DNA of 64,000 bases, taken from the IMG/VR virus record IMGVR_UViG_3300028840_005080, positions 1-64,000 of that record; one strand, given 5' to 3'. Below are positions 27,765 through 38,021 of the stretch, piece after piece. Positions within the stretch are counted from its first letter, which is position 1. Every line of letters starts with the position of its first letter. Position numbers and translations under genes: made by a program. The notes beneath the pieces are model-generated. The model made no database searches and had not been told where the DNA came from. It saw only the letters and a program-made list of their open reading frames with translations. Source of the stretch: a virus.

Positions 27765-28672
27765 GCATCATAACAAGCGTTTCTAAGTCCTATATATCCA
27801 CTGTCGTAAAAATTTTCCTCAAACCATTTAGCGATCTTCAAAAATTTTTCATCCGTGCTCTTTCTACAACATGAATTAAAATATTTCAAAATCCCGTGTC
27901 TTATTCCTTCTGCTTCATATCTGAATTCAAGATTATTGAGGATTTTATTAGTTTTCTCAAAATCTCCGTTCATCAAATTTCTGCAAAGCTCTTTTATTTC
28001 CGGATTTTTAGAAGATGGTATGCCGCTCTCGACCAATTTTATTTGTGTTTTTTTATCCTCAATATCTATTATTTTATCAAGAGCGACAACCATTTCACGT
28101 GGCGCACCTTCATTAACATCCGCAATTATTTTTAGTATTTCTATATCAACCTTTTTATTTTCTTTTTTGCAAATCGATTTTAATAGTTTGATCGATTCTT
28201 TTTCAGTGAACTTTCTAACATTATACCCGGCACATCTTTTGATCAATGTCTTTTTGATTTTCTGTGGATCAGTCGTGCAAAGAAAAAACCAAGCATGGCT
28301 TTTTGGCTCTTCGATCGTTTTCAAAAGTGTTTCTTGAAATCCGCTTGATGATTCCTGTGGCTCATCAATTATGTAAGCTGCATCTCTTCCGTCAAAAGCC
28401 TTATATTCTGACTCAAAATTTATCCTCCTGCCGTCATCTTTTTTCCCTTTATCCGCTGCGTTTACTTCGTTTATTTCAGCATTTATAAAATTCGCGCATA
28501 TCCTTGCAAGCGTAGTTTTTCCACAACCCGAAGGTCCGTAAAACAAAAATGATCTTTTTTTTCTGCTTTCGATTGCTTTTTTCAATCCAATTTTAAGTGC
28601 ATTATTTCCATAAAATTCATCAAAATTTTTTGGTCTGGATTTTAATTCAAGCGACAACAATTCTTTATTCAC
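27749..28672 (-). CDS. dnaX: Clamp loader, DNA polymerase III gamma/tau-like
   Basis: RPKNFDEFYG, GPSGCGKTTLAR, IIDE, LLKTIEEP, CTT and KRC motifs. Confidence 0.92.
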   Translation of the reverse strand: MNKELLSLELKSRPKNFDEFYGNNALKIGLKKAIESRKKRSFLFYGPSGCGKTTLARICANFINAEINEVNAADKGKKDDGRRINFESEYKAFDGRDAAYIIDEPQESSSGFQETLLKTIEEPKSHAWFFLCTTDPQKIKKTLIKRCAGYNVRKFTEKESIKLLKSICKKENKKVDIEILKIIADVNEGAPREMVVALDKIIDIEDKKTQIKLVESGIPSSKNPEIKELCRNLMNGDFEKTNKILNNLEFRYEAEGIRHGILKYFNSCCRKSTDEKFLKIAKWFEENFYDSGYIGLRNACYDACEEE

Positions 28673-28690
28673 TGCTTTTCTCTCCCTTAT

Positions 28691-29179
28691 TTAAATTTTT
28701 TTCACATCTCTATATTCGCAAAAAATGTTTTTATATTCGTCTGTCTTTTTCAGATATTCCAAACACTCCTTGTCTTCAATTTCAAATCTGTGGAGTTTGC
28801 AGACAATTTGAAAAAACAATCGTCTGTCTATTTTTGCTGCAAAACTCCCGCACCATAACGGAAGGCATGAAAAATCCAAATCAGCCCCACGCAAATCAGC
28901 CCCACGCAAATCAGCCCCGGACAAATCAGCCCCGGACAAATCAGCCCGACTCAAATCAGCCCCGGACAAATCAGCCTCTGACAAATCAGCCCGACTCAAA
29001 TCAGCCCGACTCAAATCAGCCTCTGACAAATCAGCCCCGGACAAATCAGCCCGACTCAAATCAGCCTCTGACAAATTAGCCCCGGACAACTTTGGGATTA
29101 TATTCCAATTTTCAAATCTCCATTTATTCCACTTATCAACCCCGCTTTTCAAAATTTTCAAATATTCTGAATTTGCCAT
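28691..29179 (-). CDS. Pentapeptide repeat protein 1
   Basis: Tandem A(D/N)L(S/R)x repeats followed by [12 protein letters not shown]; start placed at MANSEY after a GGAG RBS. Confidence 0.92.
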   Translation of the reverse strand: MANSEYLKILKSGVDKWNKWRFENWNIIPKLSGANLSEADLSRADLSGADLSEADLSRADLSRADLSEADLSGADLSRADLSGADLSGADLRGADLRGADLDFSCLPLWCGSFAAKIDRRLFFQIVCKLHRFEIEDKECLEYLKKTDEYKNIFCEYRDVKKI

Positions 29180-29201
29180 TTTCAATCTCCTTTTTTTGAT
29201 T

Positions 29202-32200
29202 TTACTTCCATTCTTTGAATTTTGCAACAAATTTTTTTATCCCTTTGTTGAAAAAACCTTTATTTGCTCTGTCATATAAAACACTTGCCGGATGAATACA
29301 AAAAACAACCCATGCGGCAATTTTATCAATCCACAAGCATTCACCTGATTTTCTTTTAATGCCGTAGTTTTCGTTTAGAAAATATTTCAAAGTAGTGGCG
29401 CCACATGCCAAAACAAGTCGACACTTAGAATCTCTAATTTCTTTTTGCAAATACTCTCCGCATTTCAAAATATGATGATCTTCCGGTTTTCTTATTCTTC
29501 CGTTGATCTTTCCGGGATAACACTTGCATATATTTGAAATGTGAAAATGCTTTTTTGAACACCCATATTTTTTTAATTCATCCCATAAAACCCTTCCGGC
29601 TCTTCCAACAAACCCAACGCCTTCTTTATCTTCATCCGGACCCGGCGCTTCTCCGACAACGAAAACATTGTATTTCCCTATTGATGGTTGAACAATTTGA
29701 TTTGCAATTTTGCTCAATTCGCATCTCTTACAACTTGCAAAATCATGACCTTTAAATTTTGTTTTTGTTATCAATTCGCATTCGCATTCCGGCGTCAAAA
29801 TCCCTTTTCTTATATCATCATAATCCTTTTGAAACCAATTATCACCAATTATCGAATTCAAATTTTTATATTTATCATTTGAAACCTTAAAGCCGAAATA
29901 TTTTTCATTTTTTTCATTCCATCCCTCGTCTATCCGCCTTGCTCCGACTTCATACAAAATTTTATCTTCGGCGGTATTTGTATCTTCCGCAACATAAAAT
30001 CCGCTTGGAATCTCATATTTCATTTTCGAAAACTTTTTGGCAAGAACCGGACCTGCTTTGTCGATTTCGATAAAAGGAGTGTATATTTTATCTCCTTTTG
30101 TAACCCATTTTTTCGCATCGGATATGCCTATTTTTGGTGGCATAATTTTTAACCCAAGATCGCCAACCATATTTATAAAATCTTGTTTGTCTTTGTCGTT
30201 TTCCGAATACATCAACGATGCGGATGCAAATTCGGCAGGATAATAATATTTTAACCACATCATTTGATATGAAATATAGGAATATGCCAAAGAATGCGAA
30301 AGATTGAATGCATATCCTCCAAACTCTTTGATTTCATTCCATAGATTAGTTGCTTTCTTACTTCCGATGCGTTTCCCAGCACCTTCTATGAATTTTTGCT
30401 CATATTTGTATAATTCACTGCCAGCGGATTTTGATATTAATTTTATAATTTTGTACGATTCTGATAAAGATATCCCGGCAAGCTCATGACATAACATCAT
30501 TACCTGTTCTTGATATATTATTGTTCCAAACGTCTCTTTTATTATATTATCTACTATTTTATTTCCTGTTTTGAAAATCTTTCTTTTATTCTTTCCTTGT
30601 TCGTATCTGTCAACAACGCCTCCTCTTAACGGACCTGGACGGCACATTGCGTTTACCGCATAAATATGTTCAAATTTTGTTGGTTTAATTTTTTTAAGAA
30701 TTCCGGTTTGAAGATCCGAATTAGCTTGCATTATCCCAGATGTATTGCCATTTGCGAATTCCGAAATTACTTTCTTGTCATTTGGTTCTATGGAATCTAT
30801 ATCTATTTCGATATTTTTATTTTCTTTTATTAATCCCAAAGTTTCGTCAATAACGGATAATGTTGAAAGTCCAAGAAAATCGAACTTTATCAATCCCATT
30901 CGCTCACAATATTTTTTATCCCAACATACACTAATTTCACCTTTTGTTTTTATAAGAGCGCACCTGTCACTTGTTTTTATATCTTCGTTCGCAAAAACAA
31001 ATCCCGCAGCATGTTGTCCATAATTTCTTATTGTTCCTTCAAGTTTTTTGCAATATTTGACTATTTCAGGATATTTTTCATTAAATTCGCGACCTTCGTA
31101 TGTTTCATCAATCGTCTTTTGAATTGCGTTTTCTGTTTTGTCATCAATAGCTTTTGTAAATTTGTCTACTTCTTTAAGCGGAATGTTAAAAACTCTTGAA
31201 ACATCTCTGACAACACCTCTCGCCTTCATTCTTGAAAAAGTTGGAATAGAAACAGCATCCCCGAATTTTAGTCTTGCATATTTTATAACCTTCGATCTTT
31301 TTTCAGGAGCAAAATCAACATCAATATCGGGCCACGCATCTCTTTTTTCATCGAGGAACCTTTCAAACATCATCTCGTATTTTACAGGATCGAGTTCTTT
31401 GGCAGTGATTCCTATCAAATTCGCAACCAAACTTCCCGAAACGCTACCTCTTCCAGGCCCTACAGGAATACCGTTTTTTTTACAATAATTTACAACATCT
31501 TCGACGATTAAAAAATAATTACTAAACCCCTTTTTTGATATTACACCAAGTTCCCTTTCAATTCTTTCTTTGTATATTTTTTTATTAGGGAGTTTTTTGT
31601 ATACCAACTCTCTCAGTTTTTCATCCGGATTTTCGCATACATCCGGCAATGAAATTTCTCTTTGTTCGAATCTGAAATTGCATTTTTCAATAATTTCCTG
31701 TGTATTGTTTATTGCTCTTTTTGCTTGTTTTTTTGATAATATTTCTTGTTTTTTAAAATCTTGTAAAACTTCAAGCGCTGTTTTCAAATGAGAACTATCG
31801 AATTTCCATCTGTTCGGATCATTCCAAGTTTTACCAGATTGAATTGCCAGCATAATTTCCTGGATTATCTTTTCATCTTCGTTAATATAGTGACAATCGC
31901 ATGAGGCAACTAATTTTGTATTGCATAATTCAAGACATTTTAAATTAACATATTTCTGAATATCCAAATCATGCGCCTGAACTTCATAATAAAAATCATC
32001 TTTTAATCTGTTACTTAATTCAACATGAAAATTTTTTACATTATCATTCCAATTATAGTCGGAAAGATAACTACTCGCACATCCGGATAAAATTACAAGC
32101 CCTTCGCAATGATTCAAAACGGTTTCAAAATCTGCTCTTGGACGTTTGTAATATCCCTCCAAATTTGATTTTGAAATGATATTACATAAATTTGCCCAAC

Positions 32201-32522
32201 CTTTTTTATTTTTTACAAGACAAGTCAGATGATATCGTTTTTCCTTGCCTATTTTTTTATACATATTTTCGACAAGATATAACTCGCATCCGTGAATAGC
32301 TTTTATATCTTGCTTATCGCACTCATCCTGAAACTCGATAAGACCGGAAACACCTCCATGATTTGTCAATGCAAGCGCTCCAAATCCAAGTTCTTTTACT
32401 CTTTTTGCATAGTTTTTTGCAGATCCGAAACCATCTAAAAGACTATGTTCGTTATGTACATGCAGATGGGTGAAATTCATATTTATTTTTTCCATATCAT
32501 TCTTACATCTCGATAGTATCAA
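29202..32522 (-). CDS. dnaE: DNA polymerase III alpha (DnaE) fused to a C-terminal family-4 uracil-DNA glycosylase
   Basis: PHP ([13 protein letters not shown]), GPGRGS, PDIDVD, KFDFLGL, FNLSH; then CKRC, GEAPG, FVGRAG, KCYP and HPA. Real start probably at MEKINM or MNFTH. Confidence 0.95.
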   Translation of the reverse strand: MILSRCKNDMEKINMNFTHLHVHNEHSLLDGFGSAKNYAKRVKELGFGALALTNHGGVSGLIEFQDECDKQDIKAIHGCELYLVENMYKKIGKEKRYHLTCLVKNKKGWANLCNIISKSNLEGYYKRPRADFETVLNHCEGLVILSGCASSYLSDYNWNDNVKNFHVELSNRLKDDFYYEVQAHDLDIQKYVNLKCLELCNTKLVASCDCHYINEDEKIIQEIMLAIQSGKTWNDPNRWKFDSSHLKTALEVLQDFKKQEILSKKQAKRAINNTQEIIEKCNFRFEQREISLPDVCENPDEKLRELVYKKLPNKKIYKERIERELGVISKKGFSNYFLIVEDVVNYCKKNGIPVGPGRGSVSGSLVANLIGITAKELDPVKYEMMFERFLDEKRDAWPDIDVDFAPEKRSKVIKYARLKFGDAVSIPTFSRMKARGVVRDVSRVFNIPLKEVDKFTKAIDDKTENAIQKTIDETYEGREFNEKYPEIVKYCKKLEGTIRNYGQHAAGFVFANEDIKTSDRCALIKTKGEISVCWDKKYCERMGLIKFDFLGLSTLSVIDETLGLIKENKNIEIDIDSIEPNDKKVISEFANGNTSGIMQANSDLQTGILKKIKPTKFEHIYAVNAMCRPGPLRGGVVDRYEQGKNKRKIFKTGNKIVDNIIKETFGTIIYQEQVMMLCHELAGISLSESYKIIKLISKSAGSELYKYEQKFIEGAGKRIGSKKATNLWNEIKEFGGYAFNLSHSLAYSYISYQMMWLKYYYPAEFASASLMYSENDKDKQDFINMVGDLGLKIMPPKIGISDAKKWVTKGDKIYTPFIEIDKAGPVLAKKFSKMKYEIPSGFYVAEDTNTAEDKILYEVGARRIDEGWNEKNEKYFGFKVSNDKYKNLNSIIGDNWFQKDYDDIRKGILTPECECELITKTKFKGHDFASCKRCELSKIANQIVQPSIGKYNVFVVGEAPGPDEDKEGVGFVGRAGRVLWDELKKYGCSKKHFHISNICKCYPGKINGRIRKPEDHHILKCGEYLQKEIRDSKCRLVLACGATTLKYFLNENYGIKRKSGECLWIDKIAAWVVFCIHPASVLYDRANKGFFNKGIKKFVAKFKEWK

Positions 32523-32667
32523 GTACGGATTGCATTGTTTTTATCAATTTTCTGAATTCCGCAACACTTAGATTTTGTGACAATCACAAATCATGCTTTG
32601 AACGTTGTTTGAACACAATCGTCGGTATCTTTTTCATAGTTATAATCTCCATTTCTTACTGTTATAC

Positions 32668-32748
32668 GCCGATGTCCGAGCTATTCAGACCTAAAATCCG
32701 GCAAGCCAACCGAATTAACGCCATTCCTGACTTGGTTTTTACATCGGC
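32668..32748 (-). ncRNA. Candidate structured RNA between dnaN and dnaE
   Basis: Closing stem GCCGATGT/ACATCGGC; inner stem CAAGTCA/TGGCTTG. Confidence 0.35.
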
Positions 32749-32847
32749 TTACGAGGCTTTCACACGAAAATCAAATTATTTTTTGACATAGACATATTAT
32801 TATTTGTTTATTTTTCTCCTTTCGATAAAAAATTATAATTAGGCTTA

Positions 32848-33840
32848 CTAAACAGATTTTATCTTTACTATTCTTTTGAATTTTTCTCCGATGAACATAA
32901 TCCCATGATCGTTGATTTTTGCCTTTTTTGTCAATTTTAAAGAATCATAGAACAAATCAGAATCAACAAAAAATTCGATATTTTCGTTAAATCCGTCGAA
33001 TTCGATATTCTTTTTGATTCTGCCTTTTGCGCCTTTGTTGCCGATAATAACCGCTTCATTCTCGAATATTTTTATATTTATTGCGTTATCATCATCTTTA
33101 AAAATAACACATTCGTCAATAACTTTATCAAAATCTTTCGGAAATTCAATATCATTGCCTTCAAAATCTTCAAAAAATCTTCTCCATCCGTCAAAATTAG
33201 AAATATCATGACTTTTGAATTTTATTTGATAATCTTCTCCGTTCATTACAACAACATTTTCAGGAAGCACACAATATTCAATCGGATAGTTTTTAATAAT
33301 GAATTCTGATACAATCGGGTGAATACAAAAAGAAGATTTTATATCTACATCGCAACATGTGGCTGCTATCCTCGCTCCTCCTGTCGCAGCATCAATATCG
33401 AACACAACACTACTTGAAATATGATCTTTGTCTTTATTCGCCGTTTTTTGACAAATTTCCAATGCTTCGAAAAAATCTTCATTTAGTTGTTCAAATTCAC
33501 CAATTTCAAAAGAAAATCGCTTAACCTCGTTTTCTATGTCTGTTATTCCGAAATCAAGATTTATTGATTTCGATACAAAAGAAACAGACGACTCATCTAT
33601 TTTTAAATCAAATTCTGTTTCTTTTGTTTTCTTTAGAAATTTTACTAATTCGTTAGCGGGAATGGAAAACGTTTTTTCGTCTGTTTCAAATTTCGAAGAT
33701 ACCAAAATCAAACCGTTGGTAACCCAAATTCTGTTGTTGTAAAAAAACAACAAATCGCAATTTTCTAATCTTGGATTGTCTTTTGCATAAGGGGCCAGAA
33801 TTTGAACTTTTTTTAATAATTCATCCTTTTGTATTTTCAT
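32848..33840 (-). CDS. dnaN: DNA sliding clamp (beta-like)
   Basis: 330-aa acidic protein with beta-clamp-like N-terminus (MKIQKDELL..., TNG) beside dnaE and dnaX. Confidence 0.7.
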   Translation of the reverse strand: MKIQKDELLKKVQILAPYAKDNPRLENCDLLFFYNNRIWVTNGLILVSSKFETDEKTFSIPANELVKFLKKTKETEFDLKIDESSVSFVSKSINLDFGITDIENEVKRFSFEIGEFEQLNEDFFEALEICQKTANKDKDHISSSVVFDIDAATGGARIAATCCDVDIKSSFCIHPIVSEFIIKNYPIEYCVLPENVVVMNGEDYQIKFKSHDISNFDGWRRFFEDFEGNDIEFPKDFDKVIDECVIFKDDDNAINIKIFENEAVIIGNKGAKGRIKKNIEFDGFNENIEFFVDSDLFYDSLKLTKKAKINDHGIMFIGEKFKRIVKIKSV

Positions 33841-33948
33841 ATCATCCCTTTAAATTTTGAAATTTCAAGAACTTCTACCCTAATTTTATCTTCTTTCGCT
33901 TTTATCCTCATTTTCAATTCTCCTTTTTTTTAATATTTTTAAAAATGT

Positions 33949-34048
33949 GTCGTCTTGCGGATATTGCCAGAAAATGTTTTTGGTGAGCGATTGCTATCCG
34001 ATATCCGCTTTGTTGGCTAGGACAGACGACGTTGTCCCCTTAAAGGAG
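33949..34048 (-). ncRNA. Candidate structured leader or small RNA upstream of dnaN
   Basis: Nested stems GTCGTCT/AGACGAC and GCGGATAT/ATATCCGC; GC-rich; directly downstream of a promoter. Confidence 0.45.
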
Positions 34049-34065
34049 CGCAATCATAATCATAT

Positions 34066-34093
34066 ATTATATATATGTTTTTGAGATTGTCAA
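34066..34093 (-). promoter_or_regulatory. Sigma70-type promoter TTGACA-16-TATAAT
   Basis: Both hexamers match consensus; 16-nt spacer. Confidence 0.7.
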
Positions 34094-34917
34094 TATTTAA
34101 GAGCTTCTTCATAAGTCATAAAAAAATGAATTCCATCAGAACATTCAGTTTTCGGATTATTATCATAGTTATCCGCTTTGACATACTTCCCAACAATATA
34201 TCGCAATTCCGGCCTAATCGATCCTGTAGATTCTTTTTTTATTTTCCCGTTTTCATCTTTAATTTCAATAACAAAGGCATATTCGGATCTACATTTTCTT
34301 CCAATCAAACTTGATGTTCTTCTTGAAAAAGCAGGGATCCTTAATTTTATTATATCTTCATCCCTTCCTTTTTTCCAACAATGAAATTCTCCATATGTCG
34401 GGCAAATTTTATAATCAGGCAAATCAGCCTCGAACAAATCAGCCCCGAACAAATCAGCCCCGAACAAATTAGCCTCGGACAAATTAGCCCGTCTCAAATA
34501 AGCCTCGGACAAATCAGCACATCTCAAATCAGCCTCGAACAAATCAGCCTCGAACAAATTAGCCTCGGACAAATTAGCCTCGAACAAATAAGCCTCAGAC
34601 AAATCAGCCCGTCTCAAATCAGCCTTGGACAAATCAGCCCGTCTCAAATCAGCCTCGGACAAATCAGCCCATCTCAAATCAGCCCCAAACAAATTAGCCT
34701 CAGGCAAATCAGCCTCGGACAAATCAGCCCATCTCAAATCAGCCCCAAACAAATTAGCCTCAGGCAAATCAGCCTCGGACAAATTGACATTATACAAATC
34801 AGCCTTGGACAAATAAGCCTTGGACAAATCTATAATTATACCCGGATTTTTCATCCTAAATTCATTCCATTTTTTTACTCCGCTTTTCAAAATTTCCAAA
34901 TGTTCTTGATTTGCCAT
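34090..34917 (-). CDS. Pentapeptide repeat protein 2 with C-terminal DUF5758-like domain
   Basis: Long A(D/N)Lxx array, then ICP..G.F..WKK...KLRIP...KCR...ECSDGIHFF. Confidence 0.92.
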   Translation of the reverse strand: MANQEHLEILKSGVKKWNEFRMKNPGIIIDLSKAYLSKADLYNVNLSEADLPEANLFGADLRWADLSEADLPEANLFGADLRWADLSEADLRRADLSKADLRRADLSEAYLFEANLSEANLFEADLFEADLRCADLSEAYLRRANLSEANLFGADLFGADLFEADLPDYKICPTYGEFHCWKKGRDEDIIKLRIPAFSRRTSSLIGRKCRSEYAFVIEIKDENGKIKKESTGSIRPELRYIVGKYVKADNYDNNPKTECSDGIHFFMTYEEALKY

Positions 34918-35044
34918 TTTCTTTCTCCTTTTTTATTATTTAAAATAAAATAACAAAGTTTTTTTATAAGTCAATCATGAAAATAGCTGATTACAGTCAA
35001 TTATCAGCAAATATCAATACAATCCATCAAATTTCCTTCAAAAA

Positions 35045-36574
35045 TCATATAAAATCTCTTTTTTTCTCGATTTTTCTATGCCATTCTGAATCAACAAACA
35101 TTTTCCCATAATCCCGGCATTGTAAACACGCCGCTTGTCTGTCTGAAAAATCCCCATGTCTGTCGAACCAACCAATCCGTATGTATTTTAACCTCTTTTC
35201 ATATTTTGACTGCGATAAAAACAAAGCTCCGTCGACATTGGCCAAAACTCCGATTTTTGATCCGGATACATTTTTTTCATCGAGATTGTCCTTTTTTAGT
35301 GCATCATAATCGCCCTGATGCGCCGTAAACAAAGCAGCGTATCTTGATCCGGCCAGACCACACGCATTCCGATACATCAGATCGATGATATCATGCTTTT
35401 GTTCACATCCACTCATTGACTGTATAGAATCAAGAATGATCACATCCGGAATAAAATTTTCCTGATTCTCCAATATTTCCAAATCGCGCTCAACATTGAA
35501 AAATCCTGCCGAGAATTTTGGATACACACAGATTCTGAGATTATTCAATTTTAATCTTTCTATTTGTTTGCTCTTTTTTAAAACATGGTGTTCGCTCATT
35601 TTTTGTTTTTTTTTTGATTTATACCATACAGACGGAATAAAATGTTTGCTACCTCTGCATTCTGTACAAATTTTATGATCAACCGTCTTATAATCAACGC
35701 ATATTTTATAATCTTTGCCTACTACTGATATTTTGTTTTTTACTCTGTTCGGTTTTCTGCATTCAAGAGACTGATTTAAAAGACAATCAAAATAAGGAAA
35801 ATCATATTCATCATTGTTTTTGTCCAATTTCCCTGTAATTTGCTTATAAATTCTATCATCAGTTGCTTCCATCGTCATTTCAAAAGAAAACCAAACTACG
35901 CGAAGATGTTTTTCTATGGCCAATAACGCTGTTTCCTGAAGCCATGATGTTTTCCCGCGTTTTGGGATCCCCAAATAAACGTATGTATGTCCTTTTTTAA
36001 AATGCCCAACCAATTCTCCCAAAACTCCCGGAAATTTAAAAAGATTGTTTTTATCGCGATTTGCAAAATGATTTTTAATGTGTTCCGTATTAAAAGGATT
36101 ATACCATCCGCTCAGTTGATGTTCGACTTTTTTATATTCATCGTAAATCCTTTCAGCTTCTTCCGTTTTATCGTTTTCAAGAGCTAATTCAATTTTTTTT
36201 GTAAACAGCATCAATGATCGTTTTTTGAAATATTTTACAGCCAAATCATAAACATACGAATCATTAAAATTTTTTAACTCAAAATTTACAGAGATTTTTT
36301 CTATAAGAATTTGAATCAATTCATTTTCAGCATCTTCATATTTTATTTTTTTTTCATCAAATTTGTCAATTATATGTTTATTTGGTACTCTTCCATAATC
36401 TTTGAAATACTCAATACTCCATTCAATAATCTTTCTCATATTCTTGTTTATTATGTAATCACGCTGATATATCGGAATGATTTTTTTTATAAATTCATCA
36501 GAAATCACACATGCTATTACAATTTTTAATTCAATATTGTTTTCATTCGGTTTTTTTAATTCAACTATTCCCAT
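35045..36574 (-). CDS. dnaB: Replicative DnaB-like helicase with Cys-rich insertion
   Basis: Walker A GIPKRGKT, FSFEM, Walker B IILDS, TAHQ. Confidence 0.8.
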   Translation of the reverse strand: MGIVELKKPNENNIELKIVIACVISDEFIKKIIPIYQRDYIINKNMRKIIEWSIEYFKDYGRVPNKHIIDKFDEKKIKYEDAENELIQILIEKISVNFELKNFNDSYVYDLAVKYFKKRSLMLFTKKIELALENDKTEEAERIYDEYKKVEHQLSGWYNPFNTEHIKNHFANRDKNNLFKFPGVLGELVGHFKKGHTYVYLGIPKRGKTSWLQETALLAIEKHLRVVWFSFEMTMEATDDRIYKQITGKLDKNNDEYDFPYFDCLLNQSLECRKPNRVKNKISVVGKDYKICVDYKTVDHKICTECRGSKHFIPSVWYKSKKKQKMSEHHVLKKSKQIERLKLNNLRICVYPKFSAGFFNVERDLEILENQENFIPDVIILDSIQSMSGCEQKHDIIDLMYRNACGLAGSRYAALFTAHQGDYDALKKDNLDEKNVSGSKIGVLANVDGALFLSQSKYEKRLKYIRIGWFDRHGDFSDRQAACLQCRDYGKMFVDSEWHRKIEKKRDFI

Positions 36575-36583
36575 TATCGCTCC

Positions 36584-37483
36584 TTAAAACAATTCGGGTT
36601 TTATTTCTTTTATTTTTGCAATCATAAGCCCATAAAGTCTTGAAAAATCAATAACAGGATTTTTATTTTTCTTAATAATACTCCAAATTTCTTCGTTTAT
36701 CAAATCATAATAAATCGTTTGTAGCAATCTTGGAATAAATTTTTTATCCCATTCTCCGATATCGTTTACGATTTTCGCATAAGTTTTTTCTACAAAATGT
36801 TCGGATATATATTTTTCAGCTATTTTCTGTTCTATTCCGCCTTTTGATTTTTTTATTGTTGGTTGATTTTTTGAATGTTTTTCTTTGAATTCGTTCGTGA
36901 TCATTTTTGCCCATGTTGTTCTTCCATATTTATTCCGGAAGTTATAATTTTTAACAACAACACCTTCACCGGTATTTTTGCCGTTATCGACAAGAAACCA
37001 ATTGCTTTCCAATTCGTGCAAAATATTATCCTTTGTCGGATTTTTTATAACACAAAGCGGAGGGATGAAATCAATATCGCGTTCAAAAAGATACAATCTG
37101 TATTTTTCATAACTCAGATATTCTTCTTTTTCATCATCAAAAACATCAAAAACATAAAACTTCCTCCATGCGTCTTTTTGATAATCCTTAAAACTATGCG
37201 GAACCAACCACTCTCCGTAAAGTCTCAAATTAGGATTGCATTGAAAAAAACATTTATAATTTTTAGATTTTTCTCCGTTTAAGACATAATCACAAAACCC
37301 GGCATTATCATCTTCTGTTGCGAGCTCTCTATTCCTTGATCCGACTTTTATTTTTTCATCTTCAAACCAAATACTCCCGTTTGTTCCGTCAATTTTTGGG
37401 AATATGTGACAAGTTCCTAATTCTATTCCAGCAACTTCGTCATTTTCGAATCTTTTAATGTGCATATATTTTTTAAATGACAT
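36584..37483 (-). CDS. RNA ligase (Rnl2-like nucleotidyltransferase)
   Basis: Motif I KIDGTN, GSRN, LYGEW, FDV, EGVVVK and WAK. Confidence 0.88.
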   Translation of the reverse strand: MSFKKYMHIKRFENDEVAGIELGTCHIFPKIDGTNGSIWFEDEKIKVGSRNRELATEDDNAGFCDYVLNGEKSKNYKCFFQCNPNLRLYGEWLVPHSFKDYQKDAWRKFYVFDVFDDEKEEYLSYEKYRLYLFERDIDFIPPLCVIKNPTKDNILHELESNWFLVDNGKNTGEGVVVKNYNFRNKYGRTTWAKMITNEFKEKHSKNQPTIKKSKGGIEQKIAEKYISEHFVEKTYAKIVNDIGEWDKKFIPRLLQTIYYDLINEEIWSIIKKNKNPVIDFSRLYGLMIAKIKEIKPELF

Positions 37484-37573
37484 TCTCGCCTCCTCATTTC
37501 GCGTATTTTCGATTATTTTTTAAAACCCATACCAAACCATTAAGAAAAAATAAAAGTCGAATTTTGAGGGTAA

Positions 37574-37960
37574 TCATGGCATTTTATGAGATTCTTTTAT
37601 AATCTTCTTTCTGTCAATAATATCTGTATCGCAATATTCAAAATCATAAAGTAAATCGCCTATGCTTTTAAATTTCGCTTCTTTCGCTTCATTTTTCGTG
37701 TCGTATTTAACACGAATGACATATTCAACAAAGTATTCTCTTCCAAAAACCCATTCTGGGCAAATTTTTTTAATTTGAAAAAAATCCAAATCAAACTCAC
37801 CATTTTCAAAAACATTCACCCAAAAATCAGTAAACGAATCAAATATATGTTGTTGAGTATCCCGATTCTGGAAAAATTTTTTTTCTTTTGCATCATATAT
37901 CGCAAATTTTTTTTCTTTTGCATCATCACGCAAATCGATAAATTTATATTTGTTTGCCAT
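37574..37960 (-). CDS. Hypothetical protein with a 30-bp internal tandem duplication
   Basis: DAKEKKF occurs twice (about 37874..37927). Confidence 0.55.
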   Translation of the reverse strand: MANKYKFIDLRDDAKEKKFAIYDAKEKKFFQNRDTQQHIFDSFTDFWVNVFENGEFDLDFFQIKKICPEWVFGREYFVEYVIRVKYDTKNEAKEAKFKSIGDLLYDFEYCDTDIIDRKKIIKESHKMP

Positions 37961-38021
37961 TTTTTTCTGTTCCTTTCTTTTTTTGTTCAGAAACGTTATT
38001 CCCTCTCCTTTCCAATAAAAT

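Noticed and set aside
32590-32670. GTTATAC next to the hairpin as an integron attC core
   Set aside because: I found no matching complementary core at a suitable distance, no cassette array and no integrase.
28875-34830. 15-bp periodic repeats (28.9-29.1 kb and 34.4-34.8 kb) as a CRISPR or guide-RNA array, and their plus-strand ORFs (NQP and QIS repeats)
   Set aside because: There are no unique spacers. The periodicity is fully explained by minus-strand pentapeptide coding, and the plus-strand ORFs are antisense shadows.
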